DNA of 64,000 bases from Tubiluchus corallicola (lineage: Eukaryota; Animalia; Priapulida). The notes beneath the pieces were generated by a model. It searched no databases. It was not told where the DNA came from and saw only the letters and a program-made list of their open reading frames with translations. The stretch is from the NCBI GenBank assembly GCA_030141605.1, contig JAQGDQ010000355.1, positions 62,001-126,000 on the forward strand, written 5' to 3'. The translations under genes and the position numbers were made by a program. Shown one piece after another: positions 13,330 to 26,691 of the stretch (positions within the stretch are counted from its first letter, which is position 1; every line of letters starts with the position of its first letter).

Positions 13330-14245
13330 GATATTTTGAAGCAAGGAAGAATGTTTGACACGGGGCAGATGTACATGTTGATTGGCAAGAGCAGATGCTG
13401 CGTATCGTGTTCATGATTGTTGGTTTATCTACTAACCCACCATTGCAGACATTTTGTCAAAACGTATTTAAGGCTAGCGTGCTTAGTCTCCGGTTTTCTA
13501 ATCATTTTTGTGTTGTGCCTCCAAGTCAAATCAAATCAAACCAGACGTCATACTCTTTGATGCTGATCAAACGAAACTGTAAGTTCATTTCACATTTACT
13601 ACTATGTTATGTCCTCGATCCAATGACGATCGGGCTAATGAAATATTTACTAATAGATGTATTACAATTTTTTCTCAGTTAAAAGGTGACCTTTTTCTTG
13701 GAAACTTAACTGACAACCCCAAATGTAGCTGCGGTAATTTTATAGAAAGTTCTTACAGTTACTTTTTCGAATGCCTAAAATATGACAGAGCTAGAACGGC
13801 ATTATTAGACCACCTACTCGACCACCAGATTGCAACATCCTTAGAAAATTATAATCCTCTAGTATTATACAGAAACATATTCGAAAAATTTAAAACTGGT
13901 CTCTCATGTTGCTTTATTATCCATAGCTTATTGCAGCAGTTTATCAAATCAACGTTTCGCTTTACAATAGAATTTACTGTTAAATGATTAACCACCCAAC
14001 TTACTTTGCAAATGTATTTTTATTATTACTGTTGTTATTAAAATATTGTGCTTATACTGTTCGTGTTTGTAAGTTTAATCACCATCTGCTGATTGTAACT
14101 GAGTCAAATGTTTTATCGAATCGAATGTGATAATTATTATTTGTGATGCCCATTTTTCTTTTATTAGCACATTGCACTCAGCACTTGCACCGTGGAGATA
14201 TCAAACCCAGTCTGTTTATGGCAAATGTGCCATAAATAAATAAAG
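13330..14245 (+). mobile_element. 3' relic of a non-LTR retrotransposon (CR1-like C-terminus)
   Basis: LKGDLFLGNLTDNPKCSCGNFIESSYSYFFECLKY Cys-rich end, followed by an AATAAA-repeat tail. Confidence 0.5.
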
Positions 14246-15171
14246 TTTAAACCAACATACATTTAATACTAAGTCTCCTAAAAGCACGGTGATTTCGTAT
14301 TAGCAGTGTAGATAAAGAAAAAACTACAACAATATTCATAGAGAGATTATTTTTATTGACGTGCCACACTGAAACTGACACTTTTGCAAGAAACATCACA
14401 ATGAAATAAAAAAATGACAGGACCACTGGAGTAAATATTGTCACTATTCAGCTAGGCGCTGACACTTACTTCTATAGAATTCCTTTCTTACAGCACATGT
14501 TTGCATTTGCAGCAAATAATAATTGTGCTAAATTGGCTAGTGGGACATGGTGTTAGGCTTTTTCAATTTTTGATGATTATAATCAATCAGTTTCTTTGAA
14601 AACAATGTAACGACGACTTTGCAAACAATGTAACGACTCTTCACTTTGTTATACATACACTGCCCAGTAATAACAATAGTTAGCTAATAAAATTATTAAA
14701 CAATTAATAAATAAATAATCAATAATTGCAAAATGAAGTTCTTCCGCAGCTATTTTCATGAGTGGTTAATCTTAGACTCTTGATAGTCCAAACATGTGCA
14801 AATGTCTAAAGTTTAAAGTTTAGCTTAAAGATTTACGTCGTGAGTGTCTGACGTCACGTAATGGCGCACCCGGAACAGCATCGCGGGAGATTTAAAATGA
14901 AAGATAACGGGAATTTCTTTTAACGTGAGTACGATGTATGCTTAAGATTGCTATAGACTAATATAATTTTTAGAGTCGATTTTCCCGAAACCTACTCACA
15001 GACCCGTTTCCTTTAAAGCTCTGCCACGGTTCTTTGCAATTTATGGACGTTTACTATAATTATCTCAGCCCCTTTATTTCTTTTAAAAATGGACCCAAAG
15101 TTCCTCTTTTATTTTTGTTGTTAGGTTGTAATGGATGGCTAATCAACTGTGTACACATAGAATACAGAACC

Positions 15172-15229
15172 ATGTTTCCTGCTTTTGCGGTGTTTTTATT
15201 GGCTGGAGTATTCGCAGTCACTGTGAAAG
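15172..15229 (+). CDS. Chitin-binding/sushi/EGF (SVEP1-like) gene, coding exon 1: signal peptide
   Basis: MFPAFAVFLLAGVFAVTVKG; donor AAA G|gtaaag, phase 1 matches next exon. Confidence 0.7.
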
Positions 15230-15852
15230 GTAAAGCTACTGTCCTCGAGTCCTTATCCTTTAAAATTCGTCAGCTCAATTGTACAACAAAAATACCCAAC
15301 TCAAAGAATATTGATTATTATGTAATTATTCTAACTAATTCTGATAATAGGTCACCTCATCGTACGGTTAATTAGGAATTAAAAATAGCATCAAGTCTTG
15401 AAAAAAATAACCACCGCAAGGTCTGCCATCTTCAGATCTTATTGCACTTGTGCGTGCGTGCGTGCGTGCGTGCGTATGACGTGCGTGCGTTCACACAGCT
15501 TGACGTGATTGATCGCCTTTGTCAGTAAATCCTTTCTTCGCCAATTCTTGAAAACTGGTGGAAAAAAACACCTGCAATAACACTTATGGTCAGTAAACGA
15601 GTAAAAATTGTCCTTTTTACATTAAATAACAGTAAAAAAAACTCAAATAAGTAATAAATCTCATAATATAATGTCAGCTTATGTAACAGTAAATCTTACG
15701 TAACAGTAACAAAAAATTGTGTCTCAACGAAAGATCTTATTACGTTGTAAATAAAGCTCACTCCCACCTTTGCTTACCAACAGTCATCTAAGAGAAACAA
15801 ACATTTTAGAAAGTCTGGTGATTACAACAAAGTATTAAGTGCAACATTTTAG

Positions 15853-16065
15853 GATTTGAGTGTCCTCCACCTGGCGTGGGCGTCAGAGACGGGTCAGAAC
15901 TCTTCCCAGATGGACAGGATTGTTCAAAGTTTTACCAGTGCACCAACCGCAGAGTAGAACACATGAACTGCGCTCTTGGAACGTTTTTTGATAATACTCT
16001 CAAGGTCTGTAATTGGCCACCCGTTGACTGTTATGAAGAAGAATTGGAGGAAGAATTAGACATAT
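15853..16065 (+). CDS. Exon 2: type-2 chitin-binding (CBM14/peritrophin-A) domain plus acidic linker
   Basis: FECP...FPDGQDCSKFYQC...MNCALGTFFDNTLKVCNWPPVDC, 6 Cys with canonical aromatics; ttttag| and |gtaagt. Confidence 0.9.
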
Positions 16066-16297
16066 GTAAGTTAAAATTTAATCAGCAATTAAACAATAAA
16101 AAGCAGGGAAATTTATCTAGCGGCAGTGTCTACAAAATTGCCTGGCTATAAAGAAGTAATATTATTTTGCAACCTCTGCAAGTTCTTGAAAAACTATAAA
16201 AACACTATTTTGTTGTTTGGTGTGAGAGCGTATGTTACTTCCCAATTCACAAAAAGTTGACAAACTTTAGTATACATGTAGTTTGTCATTTTATTAA

Positions 16298-16404
16298 TGA
16301 TGATGAAGATTATGGTGATTGTAATGATGATGATGATGATGATGATAATGGTGATGATTGATGATGATGATGATGATGATGATTGATGATGATGATGATT
16401 GATA

Positions 16405-16437
<33 letters not shown>

Positions 16438-16505
16438 TTGATGATGATGATGATGATGATGATGACGACGACGACGACGACGACGATGATGATGATGATG
16501 ATGAT
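16298..16505. repeat. (GAT)n/(GAC)n microsatellite, intronic
   Basis: Seen directly. Confidence 0.95.
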
Positions 16506-16706
16506 AAGCATTTCCTGCAGTTTTAACAAACTGTTGTAAGCACTTTATATCCAAAATCCTGAAATTACACCTGATCTTAGCTGCAGGTGTATAGTAATAC
16601 ATTACGAATGCGCACTAGCAATATTACAAATGCAAATTAACGTATGTTTTCTATACATTCTACTAAAATTATATTTAAACGGTATAAAGATTCCCTTCAC
16701 TTGCAG

Positions 16707-17017
16707 ATGAAGAAAATAGATGTTACACCGAATCTCCACCAGAATATCAATTTGCGATCTTCCATGACGTGGAGTTGGAGGACAATGGACTAGAAGATGC
16801 CATTCCTAGCCGGAGAAAGCGATACGCCTATAGAAAAAAGGGGCGACCGAAAGGACAGAGACGGCAGTCTTTTAAAACAAAATTGAGAATTAAGGGCAAA
16901 CGACGTCCAGAGCCGACTGTGGAAACAGAAGAACGAGTAGCTGAACAAATAGAAGAGATGGTAATAGGAATGTACAGCTGTATGGAAGGTTTTACACTAA
17001 TCAGTGGAGATTTACAG
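16707..17017 (+). CDS. Exon 3: first sushi module with a long basic insertion (RRKR)
   Basis: RCYTESPP...SRRKRYAYRKK...YSCMEGFTLISGDLQ; ttgcag| and CAG|gtattt; phases match neighbours. Confidence 0.8.
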
Positions 17018-17697
17018 GTATTTAGTGCATCTGATTGGCAATAATTAAAATAGGCTGTTTAATACGTTTCACTCGTACAAATGTTCACCATTCCATTCAG
17101 TGAACAAAATCAGCAATGCTTAGCGCAGTTTCCATATATGGTCGCTAAGGCTTTTGTTATGTACAGAAAAGTCTTCACTATTTCATTCATGTTGCAAAGT
17201 CGTTTATTCTAAAGAGACTAATAAAGAGAACATTGACAAGTAAGAAAAATGAATAAAATGATAAACAAAAGCTTACTAATTACGAAGAAGTCAACTTATT
17301 GGTTAAAGTACTTTCTCAAATTTCACAGATCGAATTCATAACTTAATTAAATTATTTAAGTTCATGTAACTTACATCGTTGGCTCTTCGTCAAGATTTAA
17401 TATTTCTCAAGGTACAAATTTGGTTATAACTAAACGCTGTTATTAACTATAACGCAATAACGACAAAAACATTGCTGTGAATAAAAACGCGACCATCGTT
17501 GTTCTCCTCCTGTCCTTTCCTCTCCGCACTGCTCGTAGAGGGCAGCACCTTCCAATAAATAAGTGTCGTTATGCATATTGCAGTTACAGTTTTTATAGTA
17601 AACCTCGCCCTGAATTTTAATCAATTTAACGAAAAACCTTCAGTTAGTTTAGACTATTCAGTGTTTATTTTTCGTTAACTATGAAATTGAATTTCAG

Positions 17698-20506
17698 GTT
17701 ATATGCAGGCCCTCAACTGGATGGATTGTTCCAGACCCTCCAGTCTGTGCTCTACCATGTCCAGATGTTAGCATCATTGATGGGACCGTGCTTGGCAAAC
17801 CGAGGCATGGAGCAATTGGCACAGGCACTGTGCTGCGATTCTTTTGCAATAGCGGCTTCACCCTGCAAGGCACAAACAGGTTAGAATGTCTTGAAGATGG
17901 GACTTGGAATGACATAACTCCAGTTTGTCGAGCTGAGGAACACATTGAAATTCTACCTTGTCCAAATATAAATTTAGCATATGGGAGAGTTTTGGGTAAG
18001 CCGCAGTACGAAACTATAAAATCTGGTACTGTCCTCAGGTTTCTTTGCACCGAAGGGTATTCTTTAAAAGGAGCAGACAGAATTACATGCCAAGATGATG
18101 GAACGTGGCATCCAGAAGTTCCAATGTGCATTTCTGATGACCCAGTAGTGTGTCCTGCTCCAGATCTTGTCATATCAAATGGACGCATGATTGGGGACGA
18201 CTTCACGGCTGGAGCGAGTGTTAGCTATGCCTGCGACACGGGTTATACATTATCAGGATCTTCAGTTCGCACGTGCACTGCTTTTGGATCTTGGGATTTA
18301 CCCATTCCTCGATGTGAACAAGTGGAGTGCAGGAGACTGTTACCTCCACTTCACGGTAGCATGGACACATTTAGAAAGGGATATGGAGACAGCGTAACAT
18401 TTACCTGTAATGAAGGATATGCATTAAAAGGTACACCAGTACGTGAATGTCTAGCAAACGGTCTGTGGACAGGCACAGAAGTAGTCTGTGTGCGCATGCG
18501 CCGTGAATGTGACAAACCAGAACAGCCTCTAAATGGCAGAGTTTCAGTTTATAACAATACGGCTCACTTCAATTGCAATGCTGGTTATATATTGAAAGGT
18601 GCGAGCAAATTAATCTGTGATCCCCTGGTACCCCGCTGGATTGGCGAAGCACCAGTTTGTAGAATTGTTGATTGCGGTCTTCCGCCAAATATGCGCAACC
18701 TTAGAATAGCCAATTTTCTAAATGTTAGGACTGTTTATGGTAGTTCCATTGAGTACGAATGTGCCGAAGGGTATACGCTTGTTCCTGCTGCCACTAGTGC
18801 GTCAATATCATGTCTTGAAGCTGGAAATTGGTCAGAAGTATCCTTTAAATGCATAGAGATGTCATGTGAGCAACCGCCACCTTTAGAGCACGGAAGTGTT
18901 TCTGCTAATCGGCTGACTGTGGAAAGTCTCGCCAGATTTCGATGTGACAATGGCTACCAACTGGTAGGAAGAGCTTTTTTGCTCTGTGACGTTGATTTGA
19001 AGTGGAATGGTGACTTCCCAACGTGTGAAAAAATAACGTGCCCTAATCCCGAGGATATTTCCAATGGCTGGTATACAATGGAGCCTGACAGTAACTCAGT
19101 TAGATACGGGTGTTCACCTGGATATGAACTTGTGGGAAGAAGTATATTGACGTGTAATGCAAAGGGGGTATGGGAACCAGGACTACCGGAATGTCAACGA
19201 AGTAGGTGTCTGTCACCACCACCTGTTACAAATGCACATTACAAGGGCAGCCTAGATGCTGGAGAAAGCATAGAATATTCATGTTTGCCAGGATATGAGC
19301 TAAGTGGCTCTAGAACTCTTCACTGTTTGATAAATGGTACTTGGAGTTCAGATGTGCCAACATGCAAACAAAAGACATGTCCAATTCCTGATGCAAGTGA
19401 GCACCTGCAATACAGTGGCAGTGTTTCTGTTGGTAGTTACATTACGTATTTTTGTAATCCGGGTTTTAATCTAGTTGGTCGTGACATTGCAAACTGTCTA
19501 CCAAACGGCTCTTGGGACAATGAAATTCCAGCATGTGAACGGATAACCTGTGAACTCCCTTCAGCTGCCTCGATTAAAGGCTTGAAATATAATGGATCAA
19601 TTCAGGCAGGAGAAATCATGGAATTTTCCTGTCGCACAGGATACAAGTTTTTTGGGAGCAGCTTGGTTAAATGCCAGTTAAATGGCAAGTGGGATAAAGA
19701 GTTTCCCTTGTGCAGGCAAGTGCTGTGTGAAGCACCGCCTGATATCATACATGGGGGATATGAAGGTTCTCTTGTGGCTGGTGGTAATATTACCTACAAA
19801 TGTTCAAAACCATACAAGCTGAAAGGGAGAAAAATGTTGCACTGTCAGTATGACGGTACTTGGGATGGAGTGCCTCCTACTTGTGAGCCAACAGCTTGCC
19901 CTCCACCTGAACAAGTTGAAAACGGATTATACAATGGTTCTCTTGAAGTTGGAGGGAAGCTTATTGTACAATGCTTGCCAGGATATGCTCTTCAGGGTCC
20001 CAGGACCTTCACTTGTTTGGATAATGGAAAGTGGGATTATGAGGTTGCACAACTTGCCAGATGTGAACGTCTTCAGTGTCCATCCCCACCTTTTGTCGAG
20101 AATGCCAAATACAAAAGGACTACAGAACTGCTAAAGGAAAGTCAGTCTATTAAGGTAGAGTATGAGTGTTTACCAGGATATAGACTAAATGGTCCCAGTG
20201 TTATTGTGTGTAATGTTAGTAGTGTGACGTCACAAGGAGCACAATGGAATCTGCTACCACCAATCTGTGAAAAGATTCTGTGTCCTGAACTGAGCAACAT
20301 AGATAATGGTCTTGCGTTTGGTGTCAGTTACGAAGTCGGCAATAGCGTAGTTTACCTGTGTAATCCTGGATATGATCTCACTGGTTCAGGTATATTGACG
20401 TGTAACGAGAACGGAGAATGGGATCAGAATCCTCCATCGTGTCGTATTTTATATTGTCAGTCACCAACGAGACCAGAAAATGGAATGGTGGTTACTAACG
20501 AAACAA
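17698..20506 (+). CDS. Exon 4: 2.8-kb exon encoding ~16 tandem sushi/CCP modules
   Basis: Repeated C-x-P...NG...Y-x-C-x-x-GY-x-L-x-G...C...G-x-W...P-x-C; tttcag| and ACA A|gtaagt. Confidence 0.95.
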
Positions 20507-21363
20507 GTAAGTCAAGTCAGACAATATTATCCTTTTTAGTTTTACATACTCAAAGAAATGATTTTTGGCTTTGCAAGCTCTGTGCACGTCTACAGTTAAA
20601 AGAGGAAGAAAGGGCAATCGTTAGAGTGTGAGAAAGGGAAAGGTTAAAGTATGTCCCAAAAGACTTTCCACACAAAGCTATATTACCTAGCATTACACTT
20701 ATCTGCGTGAAAGACTTACGTAATTAGAAGAGATTCTTGGTTATTTAAAAGTTCGCACCAACTGGTAAAATGTCACTGACGCACTAGGTGTGAACCACTG
20801 ATTCACTTCAAAAAAGTATTTTTAGTGTTCTTAGCAAGATAATTTATATTTTTGTAAGAGAGTTAAAATTTGCAAGTTTTGTACAGCGTGGCTGCTAACG
20901 CAAGTTCTGCGGCAATAAGGCAGCGTGTGAGTAATACAAAATACCAACACGAATTTTTTAACTTTCTTTAAAAGTAAAAAGGGTTTGCTTGTGCTTTAAT
21001 CTAGCAAAGGTAACTGAGAGAACAGAGAACAAGGTGTTTGTTTTGCTTTTTTCAGAAACGTCCTCTTTTACTGTACAAGTAATGCAACAAGAACTAATGT
21101 TTACTATTCCGAAAAATAACGTCTATTTTTTATTGTCGTTTCCCTCGAATGCATTTATTCGTTAGATTAACAGCAAGTTTAAGTTTGTCACATATATGTA
21201 TAATTTGAATGAACTTATAACAATCACTTTACAGGTTTATTGTCATTAATGGCAGTACCGCCTGGCTTAGAATAACTTACAGAAGTTCGACGTGCTTACT
21301 ATATTTATAATTACATCAGTTGCTAGCGCTTCTCCGTCTTACATGCACGGTTTTATGTTCTAG

Positions 21364-21568
21364 AAATTTCAGTTGGTGAAACTGTCAGGTTTTCATGTTT
21401 GCCTGGTTACAAGTTAGACGGTGCTTTAAACATTTCTTGCGAGAAAGATGGAAGGTGGTCTGCCCAAAGCCCACTTTGCACCCCTGTAACGTGTCCACAG
21501 CCCAGGAGTCCTGCGCATGGCAAGGCGCGGTACAGAACTCTCACTGCTGGAAGTACAGTCCGCTATAC
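21364..21568 (+). CDS. Exon 5: sushi modules
   Basis: ISVGETVRFSCLPGYKLDG...CPQPRSPAHG; donor AC|gtgagt. Confidence 0.9.
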
Positions 21569-21974
21569 GTGAGTTGAGTCTAAAACCGATTCAAATTACA
21601 ATTTGATGTTCATACCGTTTATATATTCTAAACATATGCTTAATAAAATACTGATGCCACAAACCAGGCTAATTATAGGATTAAAAATCATTTGTTTATA
21701 TTGAAATTTCATTATACACGATGCTTGTTTCACTGAATGTATTTTTCGTGCTTTTCCCAAAAATTCACACGGAATTCAAAGTCCACTTTCATTTTTATAG
21801 TAACTTGAACGGTCACAATTTTAGCTTATAAACATGTTACCTTATAAACAAATTATAATCATGTTTAAAGGGAAAAGAAGCTAAAAGTACTACTGAAGGA
21901 TTGTATTCCTTCGCTTATATATAAGTAAGTGCGTTCTCTTATATATTCATATATTATAAGAAACATAGACAAGA

Positions 21975-22440
21975 AGAATGGCTTCACAGATCTTTACAAA
22001 TATATAATCTGTACAAATATTTGTGAAGACCTGCAAAGTTCTTCTTGTTCCTGTTCCATCCTCTACAACAGGGTAGGATGAATTGACTGATTTCCATCTT
22101 CAAAGCTGCTTCTTCGTGCTCATATCCAGTCCATTCCATATCCATTCTGTGATGTTTTCCATCCGTGTAATTATTGATCTTCCTCTTGCTTTCTCCCATC
22201 TATTTTCCCTTCCAGCAGGATTCTGTAGATATGGCTAAATATCTCATCTTTCGTGTCGTTATGTTATTTCTAATTTGCAATCTTACCTCTGAAGAATGGT
22301 AACCTTAGATGTCCAGGGATTCCTCAACATTCTGCGGTATGGCCACGTTTCAAAGACATTGATACGCTTAATGATACTGTTTTGAGGGTGTCCACTTTTC
22401 ACATGTGTGAAGCCATGTTTTCAAGAAATCCCCAAAATGA
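21975..22440 (-). mobile_element. Degraded RTE-like LINE 3' fragment in intron
   Basis: Frameshifted motifs such as RKMRYL, GKIDG and NYTD...WTG. Confidence 0.4.
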
Positions 22441-22484
22441 AGGGCCTTACTATCTGTCAACACAGCTTTCGCTCTTCATTTTAG

Positions 22485-22725
22485 ATGCAGTCCAGGGTAT
22501 ACGCTAATGACGTCATTAACTTCCGAGCGTAGATATTATATTGAAGCCAAATGTACCATTGATGGGGAGTGGACGCAAGGTCTGCCTATATGTGAACCCG
22601 TAGACTGTGGACCTCCACCTGTTATTGACAATGGTGAAATTGCTGACACTCAACCTGGCACACGTTATGAAAGTGAGGTGCTTTACTCCTGCCTATTGGG
22701 CTATGAGCTAACACATTCTAATGGG
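22485..22725 (+). CDS. Exon 6: sushi modules
   Basis: CSPGYTL...CTIDGEWTQGLPICEPVDCGPPP; ttttag| and GGG|gtaagc. Confidence 0.9.
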
Positions 22726-22902
22726 GTAAGCTAGAGGTGATTGAACTTTCGCTTTACAATTGTTATGCTTGCTACAACAGTCGTAATATTGTTATAGCAT
22801 TTTTTACTTTCATTGGATCAGCAGCCGTTAAAAGTAACTATTAGAATTTGATGCGACTGCCCCAAGTTATTCTATAGATAAAAAGCAATGGAATTTTAGT
22901 AA

Positions 22903-23468
22903 GCCTTTTCACAGTTCCAGCGATTGGTGATGATTGTGAAAAGGTCAAAGGTTAAGTGTGTCAAATAACGCATTTGTGTACACCGTCACAACTAAGCTAT
23001 TGTAATACTAACCGTTTTAACAGTTAGCTAGAACCTACCTAGCTCATTTTTTCTTATCAGCAAATCCGCTAGTAAATCACTCTCACACTAATGCATAATT
23101 AGTAAAGTCATAAACAACTGAAGTATGATAGGGAGACGGCTTTGTTTACCACATGTCATGACTTGTAGCCAAGCATTGCAATACTAACCGTTTTAACAGT
23201 TAGCTAAACCTACCTAGTTCATTTTTTCTATTCTTCGGCAAGATCCAGCTAGTAAATCACTCTACACATGCGTAATGCATAATAAGACTAATGCATAATT
23301 AGGTAGTAAAGTCTACGTAATACAACTGAAGTGATTGCACTGACGCGGTAGACGGCTTTGCTTTACACACATGTCACATGACCGTTGTAGCTAAGATGCG
23401 TTGCTGTGGTACACTTAACCTTTGACCTGCAGCAACTACGCGTGCGTACAACGAAACTGTGAGAAGGC
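22903..23468. mobile_element. PIF/Harbinger-like MITE with an internal ~190-bp duplication
   Basis: taa|GCCTTTTCACAGTT ... AACTGTGAGAAGGC|tta; subterminal IR ggtcaaaggttaagtg/cacttaacctttgacc. Confidence 0.6.
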
Positions 23469-23794
23469 TTATTGTGTTAGCGCCAACCTATGAATATTCG
23501 TTCACGTGCGTTCTGTGTTTCGCTTAGTCGGTAATCTCCCAGATCACGTGACGGCGTGTGTTTCTGTTCGTTCTTTCTTTTCTTTTCTTAAAAGTTTTCT
23601 TTTAGACTGTAGACAGTAATACAGTAGACGTTGTAATGCGGTGTATTCGAAAATTTTTAATGCTGATAATAAAAATAAGAGTAAAATAAAAGCACCTTTA
23701 GTAGTACGGCCATTATGAAAGTTCCCGAAGTATACAAAATATACGAATACATGCTTGATGGTAAAGATGGTGACGGTTATTTTATCTTCTTTAG

Positions 23795-23942
23795 ATAAGT
23801 TGCACTTCGACTGGTCGGTGGAGCAAACCTTTGCCTACTTGTGTGATTATTGATTGTGGACCGCCTCCTAACATTACCCTAGGGTTTGTCTATGCAGCAG
23901 ATTCAACTTTTGGTAGCCGGGCAGAATACGGCTGCACGGCAG
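23795..23942 (+). CDS. Exon 7: sushi modules
   Basis: ISCTSTGRWSKPLPTCVIIDCGPPP...YGCTA; phases consistent. Confidence 0.9.
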
Positions 23943-24496
23943 GTTTGTGGAGAGTAAAAATAGTTCGTCGTATAGTGGATAATTCGTTGTATTGGTTGTG
24001 TATAGCTGATTATTGATGCTTTCGGAATGGCAAAGCTATGAAGAGTCTGATTATAAAACGACACGTTTATTAAACATCAACACAATAGATATAACAGATA
24101 GCAATGCCAAGCCCCTGCTCTCTAACGGCTCTCTGCTCCGGCTCCCAGACTCTCTAAGTCTAATTCCCCCAGCTGGGCGCATCGCACGGCTTATATATCG
24201 TGCACGGAGCCCCGACACCTCAATTCTGAATCACTTACTCACGTGAGACCACTCCTTAACTGGCTTCATACCAGCATTCATCAACATAATTATCTATCAT
24301 AATCTAATACTTTTAACATAATTTAACAGGTACTCTTTACTTGGAGTTTGTGAACACAAAAAGTTTCCTGTTATATTTTCTGTACAGTACAGAAACGTTT
24401 TGTGTAATATTCCCGAACAAACAATTTTAAGCAAAAGAGAATAACCTGAGACAAATAGTTAAATATTTGATCCATACAAGGATTTTGCTCGTTTAA

Positions 24497-25142
24497 GGAC
24501 AATAAAAGGGATACCTGATATTAGAAAAATCGCCTTAAAAATTATATTACTATACACCAATTTTATGCATATATCGTACTCGCGTTAAAAGCAATTTTCG
24601 TTTGTTTTCATTTTAAGTTTTTTTAATCTCCCGCAATACTGTTCCGACCGCGCTACTACGTGACGTCACCTACGCACACGTAGATCAGGGGAAGAAAAGG
24701 CAATATTAAATTATGTCCCAAAAAACTTTCCATGCAAATCTATATTACTTAGTATTTCGCTTACTTGCCTGAAAGTTTTATGTAACTAGAAATAATAATT
24801 TAAAATATTTGTGCCAATTGGGTGCGCCACTCACGAACCGAAAACGTGTTTTTAATCTTATTGATAAGACACAGTAACTTAAAATTTTGCTGAGTTAGTA
24901 ACATGTGTGCTACGAATGCTCTGATTATTTTTTCAAACTTTATTCAATGTTATCTAAACTTATTTCAAACGACCTACCATCAAAATGGCTACGTCTAACA
25001 GTCATTGCGGGAGTTTAAATTTACATGTTTTATACAGCATTATTGCCGACGCAAGCCCTGCATGCAAAAAGGCAGTATGAAAGTGGTATAAAATTTCAAG
25101 ACGAATTTTTAAACTTTTAGTAATGGAGGGTTTTCCTGTGCT
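24497..25142. mobile_element. Family C TTAA element, inverted copy
   Basis: Reverse-complement similarity to 12544-13207; TTAA on both sides. Confidence 0.7.
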
Positions 25143-25234
25143 TTAATTCAATATTTTCTGCCAGTAGCACCATACAACCTCAGACTCTATTCTCAGATAC
25201 AGAGCCTACCCGTCTATTTGTCTTACTGGGTCGA

Positions 25235-25777
25235 AGGAAAACCGGACTATTGTTTAGACTCAACCTCATTTTAATTTACTGACCAAAATATACATTTTCT
25301 TGCCTATAAAAGTTAGCAATTGTTTCTTATATTTGAATAATTAGCTTAGAAAGTTAATTAACGACAACCGAACACAGCTATTGCTTACGTCAGAAACTAA
25401 CCACAGTTTCTGCAATGGCAGACATCTTCCCCTGCGCGTCAAGCACGTTTGCGTAAGTGTTACTGCTTAAACGCATGATGTCACGAAAATGGGCTGTACG
25501 TCATATGACGTCAGAAACTAACACTGCTGTTCATGATCATGGTTATCACTGTACCACCTTCTATTTGTCGGCCACGCGAATGTGACAAAAAGGCGCCTCT
25601 GCCAATTTGAGTAGATTCACTGAACCGCGCGTAGCTTTGAAAGTTTAACGAAATTTGAGTATCCGATGTAATTGTTATTTAATCTAAGCTTTGATTTAAA
25701 ATAGGCTATTGTAGTTTTCAATGTTTTAGAACATTCTTTATTCTGAACTAATGTTTACACAATCGTCCAGTTTTTCT
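25235..25777. mobile_element. Family B element, inverted copy
   Basis: Reverse-complement similarity to 7184-7735. Confidence 0.7.
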
Positions 25778-25940
25778 TTGAGTAAAAAGTTGTACAATCT
25801 ATAGTTACATATATCCGAGTATTTTATGTTTTCTCATTTTATGGTCGTATGCTCTTTTTATTATTGCCTTTGTGCTTCGGTGTATACGAAAGCATGTCAG
25901 TATCATTAACAATAATAACAAGAATGATTGTCTCTTCAAG

Positions 25941-26204
25941 GTTATGAACTAAGAGGAAACAAGGTAGCAGAATGCAGAGCTGATGGACAGTGGGCAGTTA
26001 TCGCTGGAAGCACTCCCTCGTGCTTACCTAGGAAGAACTGTGGAATTCCGCGCAGAAAGCAGCTGACGCTTGTTCATGGCGAGGACTACACTGTTGGAGG
26101 AGTTATTACTTATGAGTGCTCGGAGGGCCATTATATGGTGGGGGAGGCAACTAGAGTGTGTCTACAGTCTGGAGAGTGGAGTGGGTTACCACCAGAATGT
26201 AAAC
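25941..26204 (+). CDS. Exon 8: sushi modules
   Basis: GYELRGNKVAECRADGQW...CLQSGEWSGLPPECK; donor C|gttagt. Confidence 0.9.
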
Positions 26205-26691
26205 GTTAGTAGAATTACTGCCACTTCCTTGTTATACAGGCAATATTTTAGACTTACAGTTTTGTAAGTCTCATAGTATTGTATTGGGTTGCGTTGCGTT
26301 GTGTTTTGATGTGTTGTATTATGTTGTGTTGCGTTGCGTTATGTTGTACTGTGCTGTGCTGTGCAGGGCTATGCTGTGTTGTATTATGTTGTGCTTTGCT
26401 GTGCTGTACTGTTGTGTGTTGGACTATAGTGTATCAGTGCAGTGTATCATTCCATGTTGTAATATCAAAACATGCTGTACCAGCTACATGTATAAGTGCA
26501 TTGCATAATACATTGTTTTGTGCAAAGTTGCAACTCGATTATATATAAATGTACCTTTAAAATGCAGTCAGTTAACACGCCGTGTTTGTTATTTTAAATT
26601 CTTTTCAATGTTAAGTTGCGTATAATAACTATGATTGTACATCAACTTAATATATACAGTTCATCAACTATACCACGCGTCTCCATCGTTA

